A stretch of 24,000 bases of DNA from NCBI GenBank assembly GCA_963722245.1, contig CAVRKM010000003.1, positions 28,572 through 52,571 of the forward strand, given 5' to 3'. The DNA comes from an uncultured Thermoleophilaceae bacterium (lineage in GTDB: Bacteria > Actinomycetota > Thermoleophilia > Solirubrobacterales > Thermoleophilaceae). The position numbers and the translations under genes are program-made. Of this stretch, positions 1 through 10,869 are shown in pieces. The notes beneath the pieces were generated by a model. That model had not been told where the DNA came from and made no database searches. It saw only the letters and a program-made list of their open reading frames with translations. The first letter of the stretch is position 1. Each line of letters opens with the position of its first letter.

Positions 1-907
1 TGCTGGGGCTGGTCGCGGAGCAGACGGGCTACCCCGAGGATCTGCTCGACATGGACCTCGATCTCGAGGCCGACCTGGGGATCGACACGGTGAAGCAGGC
101 CGAGGTGTTCGCCGCGATCCGCGAGGCCTACGGGATCGAGCGCGATGACACGCTCAAGCTGCGCGACTACCCGACCATCAACCACGTCGTGGGCTTCGTC
201 CGCGAACGGGCTCCCGGCGAGGGCAGCGCGACTGCTGCCGCGGCGCCGCCGGCCGCTCCGCCCGCTCCCGCCGTTCCCGCTCCCGCGGCAGCACCCGTGG
301 CTCCTGCTGCTGTCGCTCCCGTCCCGGCGGGTGATGTCGAGGCGCGGGTGCTGGGGCTGGTCGCGGAGCAGACGGGCTACCCCGAGGATCTGCTCGACAT
401 GGACCTCGATCTCGAGGCCGACCTGGGGATCGACACGGTGAAGCAGGCCGAGGTGTTCGCCGCGATCCGCGAGGCCTACGGGATCGAGCGCGATGACACG
501 CTCAAGCTGCGCGACTACCCGACCATCAACCACGTCGTGGGCTTCGTCCGCGAACGAGCTCCCGGCGAGGGCAGCGCGACTGCTGCCGCGGCGCCGCCGG
601 CCGCTCCGCCCGCTCCCGCCGTTCCCGCTCCCGCGGCAGCACCCGTGGCTCCTGCTGCTGTCGCTCCCGTCCCGGCGGGTGATGTCGAGGCGCGGGTGCT
701 GGGGCTGGTCGCGGAGCAGACGGGCTACCCCGAGGATCTGCTCGACATGGACCTCGATCTCGAGGCCGACCTGGGGATCGACACGGTGAAGCAGGCCGAG
801 GTGTTCGCCGCGATCCGCGAGGCCTACGGGATCGAGCGCGATGACACGCTCAAGCTGCGCGACTACCCGACCATCAACCACGTCGTGGGCTTCGTCCGCG
901 AACGGGC
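1..907 (+). repeat. 348-bp tandem repeat (2.6 copies in the window, continuing upstream) encoding the ACP-plus-linker units
   Basis: Units start at 1, 349 and 697. Copies are identical at nucleotide level except one synonymous change (cgg at 205-207 vs cga at 553-555). Identity ends at 907. Confidence 0.95.
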
Positions 908-3533
908 CGGAGGGGGTGCGGACGCGCCGGACCTCGCCGACGCCGCCGAAGAGGAGGCCGGACCCGCCGAGGCCGTACCGGAGCGTGCTGAGCTCCCCGG
1001 CGAGACGGCCACCGCCGACGCGCAATCCGAGCACGAGGGCTACCCGCGCCGCGTTCCGGAGCCGGTCCTGCGCCCGCCCCTCGGCGTCTGCGTCGAAACG
1101 GGAGTGAAGCTCGGCGAGGGCAACCGCGTCGTCGTGATGCCGGATCGGGGCGGCGTGGCCAAAGCGCTCGCCAAGCGGCTCGCCACATCGGGTGTGGAGG
1201 TGCTCGCGATCAAGGGCGCGCCCGAGGTCGAGCAACTCGAGCAGCAAATCGAGGAGTGGAAGGCGGCCGGTCCGATCCAGGGCGTCTACTGGCTCCCCGC
1301 CCTAGACGAAGAGGGCGACATCGGCTCGCTGGAGCCCGCGGATTGGAGACAGGCTCTCCACATCCGGGTCAAGCTGCTCGCCACGACCATGCGCGCCCTG
1401 GCCGACCAGGTCGAGGAGCCGGGCACCTTCCTCGTCAGCGCCACCCGGCTCGGCGGGCGCCACGGCTACGATCGGGCGGGATCCACATCCGTGCTCGGCG
1501 GCGCGGTCAGCGGCTTCAACAAGGCGCTGGCGCGTGAGCGCGAGAAGGTGCTCGTGAAGGTCGTGGACTTCGCGGTCAGCCGCAAGAAGGCGGCGCTCGC
1601 CGACATCCTGGTGGAGGAGACTCTGCGCGATCCGGGAGCGGTCGAGATCGGCTATGCCGACGACCTGCGCTGGAGCGTCGCGCTGGTCGAGCGGGACGCG
1701 GAGGCCGATCCGGCACGCAAGCTCTCGGGCGACACGGTGTTCGCGATCACCGGGGCAGCGGGCAGCATCGTCTCCGCGATCACGGCGGACCTCGCCGCGG
1801 CCTCGGGCGGCACGTTCCATCTGCTCGACCTGGTTCCCGAGCCTGATTCCGGCGATCCCGATCTGGACCGCTCCGTCTCCGATCCCGACGGCCTGAAGCG
1901 CGAGCTCGCCGAACGCATCCAGCAGCGCGGTGAGCGGCCGACGCCGAAGCTCGTCGAGCGCGAGCTTGCGCGCATCGAGCGCGCCCGCGCCGCACGGGAC
2001 GGGATGCAGGCCGTTCGGGCGGCCGGCGGCACGGCGCACTGGCACCAGTGCGATCTCACCGACCCGAAGGCGGTCGAGGGAGCGCTGGCCGACGTGCGCG
2101 ACGCCGGGCGTGTGGACGTGCTGATGCACTGTGCGGGCCTCGAGGTCAGTCACTTCCTCCCGGACAAGCCCCAGCGCGAGTACGACCTGGTATTCGACGT
2201 GAAGGTGGACGGCTGGCTATCCCTGCTGCGAGCCCTACGCGCAACAGAGATCGGCACGGCGGTCGTGTTCAGCTCCATAGCCGGCCGCTTCGGGAACGCC
2301 GGACAGACCGACTACTCGGCCGCCAACGACCTGCTCTGCAAGAGCATTTCGAACCTGCGTCGACTCGGCGGGCACGCGCGGGATCGCGATCGACTGGACG
2401 GCGTGGGCCAGCATCGGCATGGCGAGCCGCGGCTCCGTTCCCAAGATGATGGAGATGGCGGGCATCGACATGCTGCCGCCCGAGCTCGGTATTCCAGTGG
2501 TCCGGCGCGAGATAACGGCCGCAGGCGACGGCGGCGAGGTGCTGGTCGGCGGCTCGCTCGGCGTGCTCGCCGACGAGCGCCACCCGACCGGGGGCATCGA
2601 CCCCGACGCCGCAAGCGAGAAGGTGGCGGCTCCGCCGGGGCCGATGAGCGGGCGGATCGTCTCCATGCCGCTTGGGACAGGGCTTGACCGTGCTGATCGA
2701 CCTCGATCCCAGCCGCCAGGCGTTCCTCTACGACCACCGCATCGACGGCACCCCGGTGCTGCCCGGCGTGATGGGGATGGAGGGGTTCGCCGAGGCAGCG
2801 CACGCACTGCTGCCCGGATGGCACCTCAGCGCGCTCGAGGACGTCGATCTCCAAGCCGCTTTCAAGTTCTACCGCGACGAACCGCGCACGCTCGAGCTGC
2901 ACGCGCTGCTGCGCGACGGCGGCGAGGGCACGATCGTGGCCGACTGCCGCCTGATCGGGCGTCGAGCGCTGCCCGGGCGCGGCGAAGAGGAGACCGTGCA
3001 CTTCACCGGCCGCGCGCGGCTGACGAAGGCGCCGCCGCCCGCCCCTCAAGGGCGCGAGAGCCCGAGCGCATCAGCGCGTGAGAGTGGCGAGGTGGACCGC
3101 GAGGCCGTCTACCGCGTGTACTTCCACGGCCCCGCCTACCAGGTGCTCGAGCGCGCCTGGCGAGCGAACGGCGCAATCGTGGGGGCACTGGCGCCGAACC
3201 TGCCGCCCGCGCACGAGCCGCCCGGACAGCCGACGGAGATCGCTCCGCGCCTGATCGAGCTCTGCTTCCAGACCGCCGGGCGTGTGGGAGCTCGGGAGGT
3301 TCGGCCGCATGGGCCTGCCGACCCACGTGGACCGCGTCGTCCGCTTCGAGGGTGCGGACGAGGGCGGCGCGCTGTTCGCCGTGGTCCACCCGCGCGACGG
3401 CGACGGCGTCGATGCCGAGGTGATCGACGAGAGCGGGACGGTGCGCGTCCGCCTCGAGGGCTACCGGACCACCGCGCTGCCGGGCGGACTCGATCCGGAG
3501 GCGCTCGATCCGATCCGCGCCGCCATGGACTAG
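1..3533 (+). CDS. C-terminal part of a PfaA-like type I PUFA/polyketide-type synthase (tandem ACP x>=3, KR, PKS-type DH). The 5' end lies outside the window and the reading frame is broken 3 times as assembled.
   Basis: ORF 51..2687 is open to the window start. It gives three near-identical 116-aa units ([45 protein letters not shown]...) joined by Ala/Pro-rich linkers, the PfaA tandem-ACP layout. These are followed by a Rossmann motif [15 protein letters not shown] and [12 protein letters not shown] (KR). The conserved sequence continues in frame 1 from ~2380 ([45 protein letters not shown]). It moves to frame 2 from ~2670 ([35 protein letters not shown], the DH HxxxGxxxxP motif) and back to frame 0 from ~3280 ([19 protein letters not shown]...). 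Stop TAG is at 3531-3533. Confidence 0.85.
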
Positions 3534-3549
3534 GAGCGTTGCCGCGGAC

Positions 3550-6500
3550 ATGGCCCAGCAACGACGGTTCACCCGGCTTGCGATCGTCAACCGCGGCGAA
3601 GCGGCGATGCGGGTCGTGCACGCCGCTCGCGAGCTGAACGAGGAACGCGAGGAGCAGCTCCACCTGATCGCGCTCTACACCGAGCCGGAGGCCCAGGCGA
3701 TGTTCGTGCGTCGCTCCGACGAGGGCTACTGCCTGGGACCCGCCACCTACACCGCTGCGGACGGCAGCCACCGCGCCGGCTACCTCGACTACGGGGCCCT
3801 GGAACGAGCCCTGACCGAGACCGAAGCAGAGGCCGCCTGGGTCGGCTGGGGCTTCGTCGCCGAGCATCCGGACTTCGCGGAGCTGTGCGAGCGGCTCGGG
3901 GTCGTGTTCGTCGGACCGAGCTCCGAGACCATGCGGCTCCTGGGCGACAAGATCCGCTCAAAGCAGCTAGCCGAATCCATGGGCGTCCCGGTAGCCCCCT
4001 GGAGCGGAGGTCCGGTCGACACGCTCGCTGAGGCCGTGCGCCATGCCGAGACGATCGGCTATCCGCTGATGATCAAGGCCACCGCGGGCGGCGGCGGGCG
4101 CGGGATCCGCCGGGTCGAGGCGGCAGACCAGCTCGCCCCGGCGTTCGAGCGGGCCCGGGCGGAGGCCGAGCAGGCCTTCGGTGACCCGACGGTTCTCCTG
4201 GAGCATCTTGTGACGCCGGCCCGCCACATCGAGGTCCAGGCGATCGCCGACGGCGCGGGCGGCGCCTGGGCGGTGGGCGTGCGCGACTGCAGCCTGCAAC
4301 GGCGCCACCAGAAGGTGATCGAGGAGTCGGCCAGCACGGCGCTGACGCAGGCGCAGGAGGATGAAGTCAAGGAGGCGGCGCGGCGCCTGGTTCTCGAGGC
4401 GGGCTACCGCGGCGCGGCGACGGTGGAGTTCCTCTACGAGCCGGCGGAACGGCGCTTCTCCTTCATGGAGGTCAACGCCCGCCTCCAGGTGGAGCACCCG
4501 GTGACCGAGATGACGACCGGGCTCGACCTGGTCAAACTCCAGCTCCACGTCGCCGAGGGCGGGACGCTTGAGGGCGAGCCGCCGCCCGCCGCCGGCCACG
4601 CGATCGAGGCGCGGCTGAACGCCGAGGATCCCGCCATGGACTTCGCTCCGGCACCCGGGCGCGTGGAGCTGCTGACCCTGCCGAGCGGCCCGGGGCTGCG
4701 CTTCGACCGGGGCGTGGAGACCGGCGACGTCATCCCGCCTGAGTTCGACTCGATGATCGCGAAGGTGATCGCTGTCGGCCGTGATCGAAAAGAGGCCATC
4801 GCACGTCTTCGCCGCGCGCTGCGCGAGACGACCGCTCTGATCGAGGACGGCAGCACGAACCGGGGCTTCCTGCTCAGGCTGCTGGAGCACCCCGACGTCG
4901 TGGCCGGCCGCGTGGACACCACCTGGCTCGACCGGCATCGGATCGGTGCCGATGCGGACCGGCTCGCCCACGCCGACGTCGCACTGCTCCAGGCCGCGAT
5001 CGAGCTCGGCGGAGCAGAGGACGCCGCCGACCGGGCGCGCTTCTATGCCTACGCCCGACGCGGGCGGCCCGAGGCCCGTGACGAGGTGGGCCGCACCGTC
5101 GATCTTGCCTACGAGGGACAGAGCTACCGCTTCCGGGTGCTTCAGGTCGCGCCGGGGTGCTCCCGCGTCACGGTCGACGGCGCCACCGTCGAGGTGGACG
5201 TCGAGCAGCTCAGCGCGCACGAGCGACGGCTGGCCGCGAGCGGCCGCAGCCACCGGACGGTGATCTCCGAGCAGGGCAGCCACCTGCTCGTCGAGGTCGA
5301 CGGCGTGCCGCACCGCGTCTCCCACGACGAGGGCGGCATCGTGCGCAGCCACGCCCCCGGGATCGTCGTGTCGCTCCCGGTGGCCGAGGGCGACGAGGTG
5401 GACGCCGGGGACGTGGTGGCTGTGCTCGAGAGCATGAAGATGGAGTCGTCGCTCACCGCGCCGCGCGCGGGCCGGGTGCGCCGGGTGCTGGTGGGCCCGA
5501 ACACACAGGTCGGCGCGCGCACGCCGCTGGTCCAGATCGACGAGGCGCAGCGCGGCCCGGCCCAGGACGGCGGGGAGCGGATCCGGTTCGAGGGCGGCGA
5601 CGCCGAGCTGCCCGAGTCGCCGCAGCGATGCGTGGACAACCTGCGCCGGCTGGAGTGGCTCATCCTGGGCTACGACGTGACCGACGCCGACGTTCGGCGC
5701 ATCGTCGCGGATCTGCACGGCGCCTGCTCCGACCTTTCGTGCAGCCCGGAGCTGATCCCCGGCGAGCACCGGCTGCTGCGGCTGTTCGCGGACCTGCGAG
5801 CGCTGACGCGGCCGCGTCACGAGGAGGACCCGGAGGGCGAGCTGCTGCGCAGCCCGCAGGAGTACCTGCACGCGTTCCTGCGCTCGCTTGACGCGGAGTC
5901 CGAGGGCTTGCCCGACCGGTTCGTCGCGCTGCTCGAGCGCGCGCTCGCGCATTACGGGATCACAGAGCTCGACCGCACGCCCGCGCTCGAGGATGCCTGC
6001 TACCGCATCGCCCTCTCCCAACAGCGCGCGCCCGCCCAGCGCGCCGCGATTACCGCGGTCCTCGACCGCCGCCTCGAGCTGGCCGACGAGCTCGCCGGCA
6101 ACGTTCCCGACGACTTCCGCGAGGTGCTCGACCACCTCGAGACGACGATGGAGGGCCGCGACCCGGCGCTGGCCGACCTCGCTCGCCAGGTGCGCTACCG
6201 CTACTTCGACGAGCCGGTGATCGCGGCCCGCCGCGACGCGACGTACCGCGAGGTGGCGGACCAGCTGGCGGCGCTCGCGTCGGCGCCCGACGCGCCAGAC
6301 GCGCGCCGACCGGATCAGCGTGCTGGTCGAGTGTCCCCAGCCGCTGGCGCCGCTGCTCTCGAGCCGCATGCGTGCGGCTGATCCACCCTTGCGCCGGGCG
6401 CTGGTCGAGACAATGGCGCGCCGCTACCACCGCCTGGGCACGCTGTCCCCGTTCACCGAGGCGAGTGCAGGAGGAGTGTCCTTCATGTGCTCCGACCACG

Positions 6501-9158
6501 AGCGCGACGGCAAGACCCGGCGCCTCGCCGCCGCCTTCGTGGAACTCGATCAGGTCGGCGCGGCCGGCCACGCGCTGGCCGAGCTCGCGGGCGAGACCGA
6601 CGAGTCGATCGAGTTCGTGGCCGACTTCTACGCCGCCCACCCCGAGCCCGCCGAGTCGCACGACGAGCTTCGCGCCCGGCTGCGGCAGGAAATCGCGGAG
6701 GCCGCCCTGCCGACCCGGGTGGAAAGCGTGGTGTTCGCGTTCGCCGAGCCCGCGCGCGGGCGCGGCATGTCCGCCGTCGACTTCGTCAGCTTCCAGCCGG
6801 ACTGCCGACGGCACCCTCGCGGAGGACGACTCGCTGCGCGACCTCCATCCGATGATGGCCGAGCGCCTGCGGCTCTGGCGCCTTGCCGAGTTCGACCTGA
6901 CGCGGCTTCCCTCCGCCGAGGATGTCTACCTCTACAGCGGCGTGTCGAGGGCCAACCCGAAGGACGAGCGCCTCTTCGCGCTCGCCGAGGTGCGCGACCT
7001 GACACCCGTCAACGACGAGACGGGCCGTCTGCACGGGCTGCCCGAGCTGGAGCGGGTGCTGGTCGAGGCGCTCGAGGCGATGCGTGCCTTCCAGGCTCCC
7101 CGCGAGCCGCGCCGGCGCCTGCTCTGGAACCGAGTCCTGCTCTACGCCTGGCCCACGATCGACTTCGCCCCCGACGACGTGCGCCGCGTCATCGAGCGCT
7201 ACGCCCGCGCGACCGGGGGCCTCGGGATCGAGATGGTCGAGCTGCGCGGCACGATGCGCGATGAGGCCGGCGGGGAGTCGGAGCGCGAGCTGCGCTTCTT
7301 CAGCCCCACCGGACGCGGCGTGGTGGTGGAGGTGGACGATCCGCCCACCCGCCCGCTGCAGCCGCTCGACGAGGGCGCGCGACGGGTCGTGCAGGCGCGG
7401 CGCCGCGGCACCGTCCATCCCGCCGAGCTCGTGAAGCTGCTCGCCCCTGCGCGCGGGGACCGCGACCACGGGGGCCGGCCCCCCGGCGCCTTTGTCGAGC
7501 ATGACTTTGACGCTCGCGGCCGACTCGCGCCCGTCAGCCGCGGCCCGGCCCTGAATGAGGCCAGCGTCGTGGTGGGAGTGGTGAGCAACTACACCGATCG
7601 CTATCCCGAGGGCATGCAACGCGTCGCCCTGCTGAGCGACCCCACACGCGCGCTGGGCTCGCTGGCCGAACCGGAATGCACCAGGATCATCGCCGCGCTC
7701 GACCTCGCCGAGAAACTCGGGGTGCCGGTCGAATGGTTCGCCCTGTCGGCTGGCGCCAAGATCGCGATGGACTCCGGCACGGAGAACATGGACTGGATCG
7801 CCGCGGTGCTGCGCAGGATCATCGAGTTCACCCAGCGCGGGGGTGAGCTGAACGTCGTCGTGACCGGCATCAACGTCGGCGCTCAGCCGTACTGGAACGC
7901 CGAGGCGACGATGCTCATGCACACGCGCGGGATCCTCGTGATGACGCCCGACAGCGCGATGGTGCTGACAGGCAAACAGGCGCTCGACTACTCGGGCGGC
8001 GTCTCAGCCGAGGACAACTTCGGCATCGGCGGCTACGAGCGGATCATGGGACCCAACGGGCAGGCCCAGTACTGGGCGCCCGACCTGGCGGCAGCCTGCA
8101 GGGTGCTGCTGTCGCACTACGAGCACACCTACGTGGCGCCCGGCGAACGCTTCCCGCGCCGCGCTCAGACCTCCGACCCGATCGAGCGCGACGTGTGCGG
8201 CTCGCCCCACTTCGCACCGGGGTCGGACCTGCGCGAGGTGGGCGAGATCTTCTCGGACGAGACCAACCCCGGCCGCAAGAAGCCGTTCGACATCCGCTCC
8301 GTGATGCTGGCGACGGTCGACCGCGACCATCCGCCGCTCGAGCGCTGGGCCGGGTGGCGCGAGGCGGAGGTCGCCGTGGTCTGGGACGCCCATCTGGGCG
8401 GCTGGCCGATCTCGGTGCTCGGCATCGAGTCCCGGCCCCTGTCGCGCCACGGGGCGCTGCCGGCCGACGGCCCCGAGCAGTGGACCTCGGGCACGCTCTT
8501 CCCCCAGGCGTCGCGCAAGATCGCCCGTGCGATCAACGCCGCCAGCGGTCGCCGCCCGGTCGTGGTCGTCGCAAACCTCGCCGGCTTCGACGGCTCACCC
8601 GAGTCGATGAGCCGCTGGCAGCTGGAGTACGGCGCCGAGATCGGCCGTGCCGTCGTGAACTTCAGCGGGCCGATCGTGTTCTGCGTCGTCTCGCGCTACC
8701 ACGGCGGCGCGTTCGTGGTGTTCTCCCAGCGGCTGAACGACGATCTCGAGGCAGTGGCGCTCGAGGGCTCACGCGCCTCGGTGATCGGAGGGGCACCGGC
8801 GGCGGCCGTCGTGTTCGCCCAGCAGGTGAAGCGGCGCACGACGCGCGATCCCCGGATCGTCGAGCTGGACGAGCGGATCGAGGCGGCCGAGGGGGCCGAG
8901 CGCCAGCGGCTGCGCGCGCAGCGTGCCGACGCCTGGTCTGAGGTCCACGCGCAGCATCTCGGAGAGCTGGCCGCGGAGTTCGACTCGATCCACTCAGTGG
9001 AGCGAGCGCTTCGGATGGGGTCGGTTAGCCGCATCATCGAGCCGGGCAACATGCGGCCGTTCCTGATCGACGCGGTCGAGCGCGGCATGGAGCGCACGCT
9101 CAAGCGAGACCACCCTGGTCATGACCTCGCCGGGCTGGCTGACGCGCTCCATCGCTGA
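3550..9158 (+). CDS. Single-chain multidomain acyl-CoA/acetyl-CoA carboxylase (biotin carboxylase, BCCP, carboxyltransferase), ~1850 aa. The frame is broken twice as assembled (~6300 and ~6803).
   Basis: The N-terminus FTRLAIVNRGEAAMRVV, KATAGGGGRGIRRV and MEVNARLQVEHPVTE identify the BC/ATP-grasp domain. The biotinylation motif is VLESMKMESS, with the Lys codon at 5437-5439. The CT domain shows VVTGINVGAQPYWNAEATMLMHTRGILVMTPDSAMVLTGKQALDYSGG and VVANLAGFDGSPESMSRWQLEYGAEIGRAVVNFSGPIVFCVVSRYHGGAFVVFS. The conserved reading passes from frame 1 (ORF 3550..6381) to frame 2 (ADRISVLVECPQPLAPLL..., ORF 6320..) to frame 0 (ADGTLAEDDSLRDLHPMMAERL..., ORF 6372..9158). Confidence 0.85.
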
Positions 9159-9834
9159 CGTCCCGGCGGACGACGGCTGGCTCGGTCCGGGCGAGCGCGA
9201 GGTGCTCGCCCGACTTCGGTTCGAGAGGCGCCGCCTGGACTGGCGGCTCGGCCGCTTCACGGCGAAGGCCGCCGTGGCGGCCTGGCTGGGCCTACCCGCC
9301 ACCGGCGTGGTGATCGCGGCCGCATCCGACGGCGCGCCAGAGGCCCGCGTCGGCGACGACCCGGCCCCGGTCTCGCTGTCGCTGAGCCATCGGGGCGGGC
9401 GCGCGCTCGCTGTGGTGGGCGAGGCGGGCATTGCGATGGGATGCGATCTCGAGTTAATCGAGCCGCGCAGCCGGGCCTTCGTGGCCGACTGGCTTGCGCC
9501 GGCCGAGCAGGCTCTGGTGGCCGATGCCTGCGCCTCCGACCGCGACCTGCTCACGAACCTCCTGTGGACCGCGAAGGAGGCCGCCGCCAAGGCACGGCGG
9601 GAGGGGCTCCGCCTTGATCCCCGGCACGCCGTGGCGACGCCCACCGGGATCGGTTCCACGACCCCCGGCTGGCGCCGGCTCGAAGTCATCTGGAGCGACG
9701 GCGGCGGGTGCGCCGCGGGCTGGTGGCGAGGCGAGCCGGGTTGGGTGATGGCAATCGCCGGCGAGCCGGCGCCCGGTGTCCCGCGGGCGCTCGACGCCGT
9801 GGCGACCGAGCCTGCACTGGACGATGGACCGTAG
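9121..9834 (+). CDS. Sfp-type 4'-phosphopantetheinyl transferase
   Basis: 237-aa ORF with IAMGCDLELIE (metal-binding GxD..E) and LLWTAKEAAAKARREG (W/FxxKEAxxK). It overlaps the carboxylase stop by 38 nt and sits next to a multi-ACP synthase. Confidence 0.8.
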   Translation: MTSPGWLTRSIADVPADDGWLGPGEREVLARLRFERRRLDWRLGRFTAKAAVAAWLGLPATGVVIAAASDGAPEARVGDDPAPVSLSLSHRGGRALAVVGEAGIAMGCDLELIEPRSRAFVADWLAPAEQALVADACASDRDLLTNLLWTAKEAAAKARREGLRLDPRHAVATPTGIGSTTPGWRRLEVIWSDGGGCAAGWWRGEPGWVMAIAGEPAPGVPRALDAVATEPALDDGP

Positions 9835-9975
9835 TTCGCCCGCATCAGGTCAAGCGACTCCCTCGGATGCTCCGGCCTCGGCCTTCATCCGGCCGTCTTA
9901 AGACCCCTCGTTTCTCGCGGTCGTTGCCGCAAGCTCAGCGAAGCGCGACGACGGTCATCGACGGCACCGGTCCAG

Positions 9976-10010
9976 CAGTAACCCGCTCTCACCGAGCACG
10001 AGCGTTACTG
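9976..10010 (-). terminator. Stem-loop on the chromosomal side of the island junction, possibly the native terminator downstream of the original tRNA-Phe 3' end
   Basis: CAGTAAC(cc)GCTC, an 11-nt loop, then GAGCGTTACTG form an 11-bp stem with a 2-nt bulge. It abuts and overlaps the direct repeat at 10007. There is no T tract. Confidence 0.3.
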
Positions 10011-10050
10011 ATGGCGAGGGCCGGAATCGAACCGGCGACACCACGATTTT
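10007..10050. repeat. Distal att-type direct repeat: a copy of the 3' 39 nt of tRNA-Phe plus 5 nt of flank
   Basis: The 44 nt are identical to 22493-22536. A degenerate extension (10052-10059) matches 22537-22548 with indels. Confidence 0.9.
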
Positions 10051-10272
10051 TCAGTTGCTTCCGAAGGGTGTCGGGTGGTGCACTCGGGTGTTCCGTGGCT
10101 TGGTAGCGGGATAGCAGGTGCCTCGTGGTGCGCTCCGGTGCACCTGGAGGTTTCCAAGCCGTTTCGAAGACGGTGAAGGGCTGAGCGAGAGGCGAGCCCG
10201 CTTGCACGGCGGGTTCCTGCACGGACCTTTCCGGCGCCGCAAGCGGTCGAAGCTTCCCTGGAAGCGCTGAGT

Positions 10273-10317
10273 GGCCGGGCACCCGGGGACCGCAAAGGGC
10301 CCCGCGGATGCCCGGCC
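10273..10317 (-). terminator. Long GC-rich hairpin immediately downstream of the FAS1 gene
   Basis: GGCCGGGCACCCGGGGACC, loop gcaaa, then GGGCCCCGCGGATGCCCGGCC form an imperfect ~19-bp stem. It starts 10 nt after the stop codon (10327-10329). There is no U tract, as is common in high-GC actinobacteria. Confidence 0.45.
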
Positions 10318-10326
10318 TGCTCAGGG

Positions 10327-10845
10327 TCAGCGCGGAGGAAGCAGGACGGCGTTGATCGCGTGGATCACGCCGTTGGATGCCTTGACGTCGGCCTGGATCA
10401 CCTTCGCGCCGCCCACCCGCACGGTGCTTCCGCGGGTGCGGACGCGGACGCGAGGCCCGGCCAGGGTCTTGAGCGAGTCGACCTTCACTACCCGCGCGGC
10501 CGGGTAACGGCCGGCCACGGCGTGGTAGAGCAGCACGCGCTTCAGCGCCTTCGGGTCCTCACCAAGCGCCTCGAGGGTCTCGGCCGGGACCTTCTTGAAG
10601 GCCTTGTCGGTCGGGGCGAAGACCGTGAACGGCCCCTTCCCCGACAGTGTCTTTGCGAGCCCGGCGCTCTTGACGAGCGAGACGAGCGTGTCGAAGCGCC
10701 CGTCGGCGGCGGCTGTCTTCACGATGTTCTTCCGTGCCTGCTTTGCAGCGGGCTCCGCGGTGGAGCCGTTGCCGCCCCCGAGCGCGACGGCCGCGGTGGC
10801 GAGTCCCGCTACGGCGACCAGGACGAGGATTGCGAGCTTACGCAT
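10327..10845 (-). CDS. Secreted fasciclin (FAS1) domain protein
   Basis: 172 aa with signal peptide MRKLAILVLVAVAGLATAAVA. FAS1 motifs are FTVFAPTDKAF, LLYHAV and NGVIHAINAVLLP. AAGGAG (10857-10852) lies 6 nt before the ATG. Confidence 0.9.
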   Translation of the reverse strand: MRKLAILVLVAVAGLATAAVALGGGNGSTAEPAAKQARKNIVKTAAADGRFDTLVSLVKSAGLAKTLSGKGPFTVFAPTDKAFKKVPAETLEALGEDPKALKRVLLYHAVAGRYPAARVVKVDSLKTLAGPRVRVRTRGSTVRVGGAKVIQADVKASNGVIHAINAVLLPPR

Positions 10846-10869
10846 TAGTCACTCCTTCTGTCGATGTGC

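Noticed and set aside
145-789. Two identical 98-aa ORFs (145..441 and 493..789), with a third related ORF at 841..1107
   Set aside because: They are simply the +1 frame of the 348-bp ACP tandem repeat, and their Arg/Pro/Ser-rich sequence is not protein-like.
3967-6369. 800-aa ORF antisense to the carboxylase. Similar long antisense ORFs occur at 1302..2153, 6786..7922, 8994..9845, 17363..18292 and 14540..15304.
   Set aside because: The translations are Arg/Ala/Gly/Val-rich and low in complexity, with no recognisable motifs, and lie opposite strongly conserved frames. They are typical shadow ORFs of very GC-rich DNA.
10055-10270. Structured-looking non-coding stretch at the island end, checked for a cobalamin riboswitch or other ncRNA. 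It also contains repeated GGTGCAC motifs as possible integrase arm sites.
   Set aside because: I could not find a B12-box or other riboswitch core. The repeats are short and imperfect. The ORFs here (9989..10282 and others) partly translate the tRNA fragment.
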